64,000 nt of DNA from Erysipelotrichaceae bacterium (lineage in GTDB: Bacteria; Bacillota_I; Bacilli_A; RFN20; CAG-826). The notes under the pieces were generated by a model. It saw only the letters and a list, made by a program, of their open reading frames with translations. It was not told where the DNA came from and searched no databases. Positions 60,975-64,000 of this stretch are shown one piece after another. The DNA lies in assembly GCA_012744375.1 (NCBI GenBank), contig JAAYCD010000093.1, positions 226 to 64,225 of the forward strand, in the 5' to 3' direction. The position numbers and the translations under genes were made by a program. The first letter of the stretch is position 1. Each line of letters opens with the position of its first letter.

Positions 60975-61108
60975 TATTTTCTTATTTAATAAATCACTTA
61001 CTTTGTAATCATACAAAAAAATATGCGTTTTAATGATATTTTTGTTCAATATTACTCTTACGCGTGGTAATATTTTGACGCACAATAGTATAAGGAGTTT
61101 ATATTTTT

Positions 61109-61813
61109 ATGGGTAGAGCACACGAAGTAAGAGCCAAATCAATGGCTATTACGGCAGCAAAAAAATCAGCCCTCTTTATGAGAGCAAGTAAAGAAATTTA
61201 TATGGCGGCTAAATCTGGTGTTCCTGACCCAGAAATGAATTTAGCATTGCGTTCCGCGATAGAAAAATGGCGCGGTCAAAATGTTACCAAAGATGTTATT
61301 GAAAGAGCCATTCAAAAAGCAAAAGGCGGTTCAGCTGAGAGCTATGCTGAAGGTCGTTATGAAGCCTTTGGTCCAGGCGGTTCCCTCTTCATCATTGATA
61401 CATTGACCGATAATTCCAATCGCGCTTTTATTGATATTAGAACAGCATTTACAAAAAAGGGTGGTCACTTGGGTGCAACATTATTTAATTTTACCCAAGT
61501 TGGTTTATTTGTTTTCAAAGGTAACAATCGCGACGAAGTTGAAGAAAATTTGATACTTTCTGACGTCGATGTTAGAGAAGTAAATGCCAGTGATAATCAT
61601 GTCGAAGTATTGGTAGAACCATCTGCCTTTGCCGCAGCAAGAGAAGTTTTAGGAGGTATGGGTATTTCAGAATTTGAAACCGCAGAAATTACCTTTTTGC
61701 CAAACGATCCTATTGACCTCATTGACGCAGAAGAAAAGCGTTTATTCAACGAATTATGCGATGTTTTGGATGAACTCCAAGATGTGCAAAACGTCTATCA
61801 TAACGTCAAATAG
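61109..61813 (+). CDS. YebC/PmpR family protein
   Basis: G.PDP..N..LR, IERAI.KA.G, YE..GPGG, LTDN.NR, DVQNVYHN. Confidence 0.93.
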   Translation: MGRAHEVRAKSMAITAAKKSALFMRASKEIYMAAKSGVPDPEMNLALRSAIEKWRGQNVTKDVIERAIQKAKGGSAESYAEGRYEAFGPGGSLFIIDTLTDNSNRAFIDIRTAFTKKGGHLGATLFNFTQVGLFVFKGNNRDEVEENLILSDVDVREVNASDNHVEVLVEPSAFAAAREVLGGMGISEFETAEITFLPNDPIDLIDAEEKRLFNELCDVLDELQDVQNVYHNVK

Positions 61814-61833
61814 AAATTAACCTATTATTTTAC

Positions 61834-61865
61834 AAAAGCCAGTCAGTAAAACGATTGGTTTTTTT
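61834..61865 (+). terminator. probable intrinsic terminator
   Basis: AAAAGCCAGTC...GATTGGTTTTTTT, stem with G-U pairs. Confidence 0.6.
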
Positions 61866-61928
61866 GTTGTTTTTTACTTAAAAACAATTGTAATTATTCC
61901 GCCATATTTTATTTATTTAAATAATCAT

Positions 61929-62030
61929 TTGACATCCGGACTTTAAACACGTAATATTTTTATCGGCACAAAAGCTAAATTAGCGAAGTCCCCGGTAAGG
62001 AAAAAGTTAGTTTGGTAAAGGAGGATTTAA
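61929..62030 (+). promoter_or_regulatory. rplM-rpsI promoter and L13-leader-like region
   Basis: TTGACA-17-TAATAT; leader with GCTAAATTAGC, a CCCCGG motif typical of Bacillota rplM leaders, and GTTAGTTTGGT able to pair with the 5' part. Confidence 0.6.
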
Positions 62031-62033
62031 GTT

Positions 62034-62474
62034 ATGCAACGTCAAACTACTATTGCAAAAACAAACGAAATCCAAAGAAAATGGTATGTCGTGGATGCCG
62101 CAGACAAGCCATTAGGAAGATTAGCCACCCAAGTTGCCCAAATTTTAATTGGCAAGAATAAACCAATTTGGACACCTAACGTTGATTGCGGTGACTATGT
62201 TATTATTATCAATGCTGAAAAAGTTTCACTTTCCGGCGACAAACTTAATAACAAAAAATACTACAATGTTTCTGGTTACAACGGCGGCTTGCGTGTTCGT
62301 ACCGCAGGCACAATGATTGAAAAATATCCAGTTGAGATGCTCGAACGCTGCCTTCATGGTATGATGCCAAAAGGTCGCTTAGGTCGTCAAATGATAAAGA
62401 AACTCTTTGTCTACGCTGGCCCAGAACACAAAAATGCAGCTCAAAAACCTGAAGTTCTTGAGCTCAAATTCTAG
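62034..62474 (+). CDS. rplM: 50S ribosomal protein L13
   Basis: RKWYVVDA...LGRLA, GKNKP..TP.VDCGD.VIIINA. Confidence 0.98.
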   Translation: MQRQTTIAKTNEIQRKWYVVDAADKPLGRLATQVAQILIGKNKPIWTPNVDCGDYVIIINAEKVSLSGDKLNNKKYYNVSGYNGGLRVRTAGTMIEKYPVEMLERCLHGMMPKGRLGRQMIKKLFVYAGPEHKNAAQKPEVLELKF

Positions 62475-62485
62475 GAGGTCTTGGT

Positions 62486-62884
62486 ATGGCAAAGAAAACT
62501 GATCTTCAATATTACGGCACAGGTAAGAGAAAATCTTCCATTGCTCGCGTTTATGTCACTGCTGGCACTGGCAAAATCATTGTTAATGATCGTCCAGTCG
62601 ATGAGTACATGCCTTATGCGACATTGGTTCTCGATTTAAAACAACCATTGGTTTTAACAGGTACTGAAAATAAATACGATGTACGTGCTGAAGTCAAAGG
62701 TGGTGGTTTCACCGGTCAAGCTGGTGCAATCCGTTTAGGTATCACAAGAGCGTTACTCGAAGCAGGTTGCGACCGCGCAGTCTTAAAAGCTGCAGGCATG
62801 ATCACTCGTGACTCCCGCAAAAAAGAACGTAAGAAATACGGTCTCAAAGCGGCACGTAGAGCCCCACAATTCAGCAAACGTTAA
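62486..62884 (+). CDS. rpsI: 30S ribosomal protein S9
   Basis: [44 protein letters not shown]. Confidence 0.98.
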   Translation: MAKKTDLQYYGTGKRKSSIARVYVTAGTGKIIVNDRPVDEYMPYATLVLDLKQPLVLTGTENKYDVRAEVKGGGFTGQAGAIRLGITRALLEAGCDRAVLKAAGMITRDSRKKERKKYGLKAARRAPQFSKR

Positions 62885-62914
62885 TCGTTTCTGTTTCTCA
62901 ACATTATCAAGTAC

Positions 62915-62947
62915 AAGAAAAGGAAGCCTAAACTTCCTTTTTTTCTT
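62915..62947 (+). terminator. intrinsic terminator after rpsI
   Basis: AAAAGGAAG-cctaaa-CTTCCTTTTTTT. Confidence 0.8.
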
Positions 62948-62970
62948 GTAAAAAAGCCTGTAAAAAAACG

Positions 62971-62999
62971 TTGATTTTGCTATATCGTTGTTGTATATT
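62971..62999 (+). promoter_or_regulatory. promoter of tRNA-Ile
   Basis: TTGATT-17-TATATT. Confidence 0.6.
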
Positions 63000-63024
63000 A
63001 TTAGCGCTGTCTTGGAAAAGAAGC

Positions 63025-63101
63025 GGGCCCATAGCTCAGTTGGTTAGAGCGCGCCCCTGATAAGGGCGAGGTCGATAGTTCAAATCTATTTGGGCCCACC
63101 A
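63025..63101 (+). tRNA. tRNA-Ile(GAT)
   Basis: Acceptor GGGCCCA/TGGGCCC, anticodon arm CGCCC-CTGATAA-GGGCG, T-loop GTTCAAATC, encoded CCA. Confidence 0.97.
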
Positions 63102-63114
63102 AAGTAAGCTAAAC

Positions 63115-63142
63115 AAGGAACCACATACTTGTGGTTCTTTTT
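63115..63142 (+). terminator. terminator after tRNA-Ile
   Basis: GAACCACA-tact-TGTGGTTC then TTTTT. Confidence 0.8.
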
Positions 63143-63270
63143 GTTGATAGCAGCGCAATAACGCCAATAATTTTTATATAAGTAACATCTCGAAAAACTT
63201 ATATAAACAAGCAAATAGTGCTGTTGGTCGGCAGTGTGCAACGCTAATAATGGTTCTTTTTTACTTTTTA

Positions 63271-63299
63271 TTGATAAATAACATTGAGTTTGTTATATT
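63271..63299 (+). promoter_or_regulatory. promoter of the tRNA-Val/tRNA-Thr pair
   Basis: TTGATA-17-TATATT with TG extension. Confidence 0.6.
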
Positions 63300-63310
63300 A
63301 TTTAGGCGCT

Positions 63311-63385
63311 GGAGACTTAGTTCAGCGGGAGAACGCTTCCTTCACACGGAAGAGGTCGTAGGTTCGATCCCTACAGTGTCCACCA
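63311..63385 (+). tRNA. tRNA-Val(CAC)
   Basis: Anticodon arm CTTCC-TTCACAC-GGAAG, T-loop GTTCGATCC, CCA end; G4:G69 mismatch in the acceptor stem. Confidence 0.92.
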
Positions 63386-63390
63386 TATTT

Positions 63391-63466
63391 GCCGTCTTAG
63401 CTCAATTGGCAGAGCAGTTGATTTGTAATCATCAGGTTGTTGGTTCGATTCCGATAGACGGCACCA
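63391..63466 (+). tRNA. tRNA-Thr(TGT)
   Basis: Acceptor GCCGTCT/AGACGGC, anticodon loop TTTGTAA, T-loop GTTCGATT, CCA end. Confidence 0.95.
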
Positions 63467-63477
63467 GCCAATTAATT

Positions 63478-63500
63478 ACCTAGTTTTACTAGGTTTTTTA
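63478..63500 (+). terminator. terminator after tRNA-Thr
   Basis: ACCTAGT-ttt-ACTAGGT then TTTTT. Confidence 0.8.
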
Positions 63501-63892
63501 TTTTTTCAACATTTTTGAGCACATAATAATAAATTATAAAACTATTGTCATTATGGCATATTGTTATAAATTTGATTGATTAGAAATTTTTCTTTTTCAT
63601 AAATTACAAAACAAAAAAATCAAACGGGGTGGTTTGCACGATTGAAAGTTTTTTCCTTCGATTGGTTGATTCAAGAGCTAAGATTAATAACAATCAGAAG
63701 TTCAGAGTTCAAGAATGAAGCGAAGCGAAGAATTAAACATTGTGTTTTGTATTTTGTTTATTAAGAGAACGTGGTCACAAAAATGTAGGAAAGAACAAAA
63801 ACACGATAAACCATTTAGGAATCATAAGTGAAATATTTATTTAATAATAAATCGGAATGTATTAAAATACTTTGTGGCCCTTCAATAAGGTA

Positions 63893-63917
63893 TGGTTCGA
63901 ACCGATAGACGGCACCA
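63893..63917 (+). repeat. direct repeat of the tRNA-Thr 3' end (att-like site)
   Basis: TGGTTCGAaCCGATAGACGGCACCA vs tRNA TGGTTCGAttCCGATAGACGGCACCA (63441-63466); last 16 nt identical. Confidence 0.88.
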
Positions 63918-63956
63918 AACCGTAAACTAGTGGAGGCGGCCTCTGTTTCATTTTAT

Positions 63957-64000
63957 GCGCCTATGGCGGAACTGGCAGACGCGCTAGACTTAGGATCTAG
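63957..64000 (+). tRNA. tRNA-Leu(TAG), 5' part only (cut by window end)
   Basis: GCGCCTATGGCGGAACTGGCAGACGCG, anticodon arm CTAGA-CTTAGGA-TCTAG. Confidence 0.9.

Noticed and set aside
63250..63483. 77-aa ORF in the track
   Set aside because: Overlaps tRNA-Val and tRNA-Thr; spurious

Overview
Low-GC (AT-rich) bacterial chromosome segment using the standard code (TGA acts as a stop, e.g. the ATGA overlap at 17324-17327). Gene content and order suggest an anaerobic, host- or gut-type Bacillota member, probably Bacilli; this is inference from gene order only. 1-26 kb is a mixed accessory/metabolic region: GPH sugar symporter, Sfp-type PPTase, malQ, a lipoprotein metallophosphoesterase, bioY, a CotH-kinase lipoprotein with a CBM-like tail, a SWIM + SWIM-SNF2 pair, an AraB-like FGGY kinase, a Gfo/Idh/MocA oxidoreductase, a HAD phosphatase, GDPD + MFS, pepT, a kinase-like ORF, a nitroreductase, a GH43 and tgt-queA-queH. 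26.4-41.5 kb is the S10-spc-alpha ribosomal superoperon, with a structured S10 leader, no rpmD, and Ala/Lys/Pro/Glu-rich extensions on several proteins. 41.7-57.6 kb separates rplQ from ecfAA'T-truA-rplM-rpsI and holds a redox block (gpsA, enoate-reductase-like flavoenzyme, rex-adhE, trimeric [FeFe]-hydrogenase) and cysS-antiporter-mgtC-rlmB-sigH-like. The end carries tRNA-Ile(GAT), tRNA-Val(CAC), tRNA-Thr(TGT), a ~430-bp non-coding insert closed by a duplicated tRNA-Thr 3' end (att-like scar), and a partial tRNA-Leu(TAG). I found no CRISPR array, transposase or integrase, and no unambiguous new system. The best leads are the tRNA-Thr att scar, the Rex redox block with a non-canonical operator, repeated leaderless-type gene starts, the SWIM/SNF2 pair and the extended ribosomal proteins. 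All product calls come from motif recognition by eye, not from database searches.
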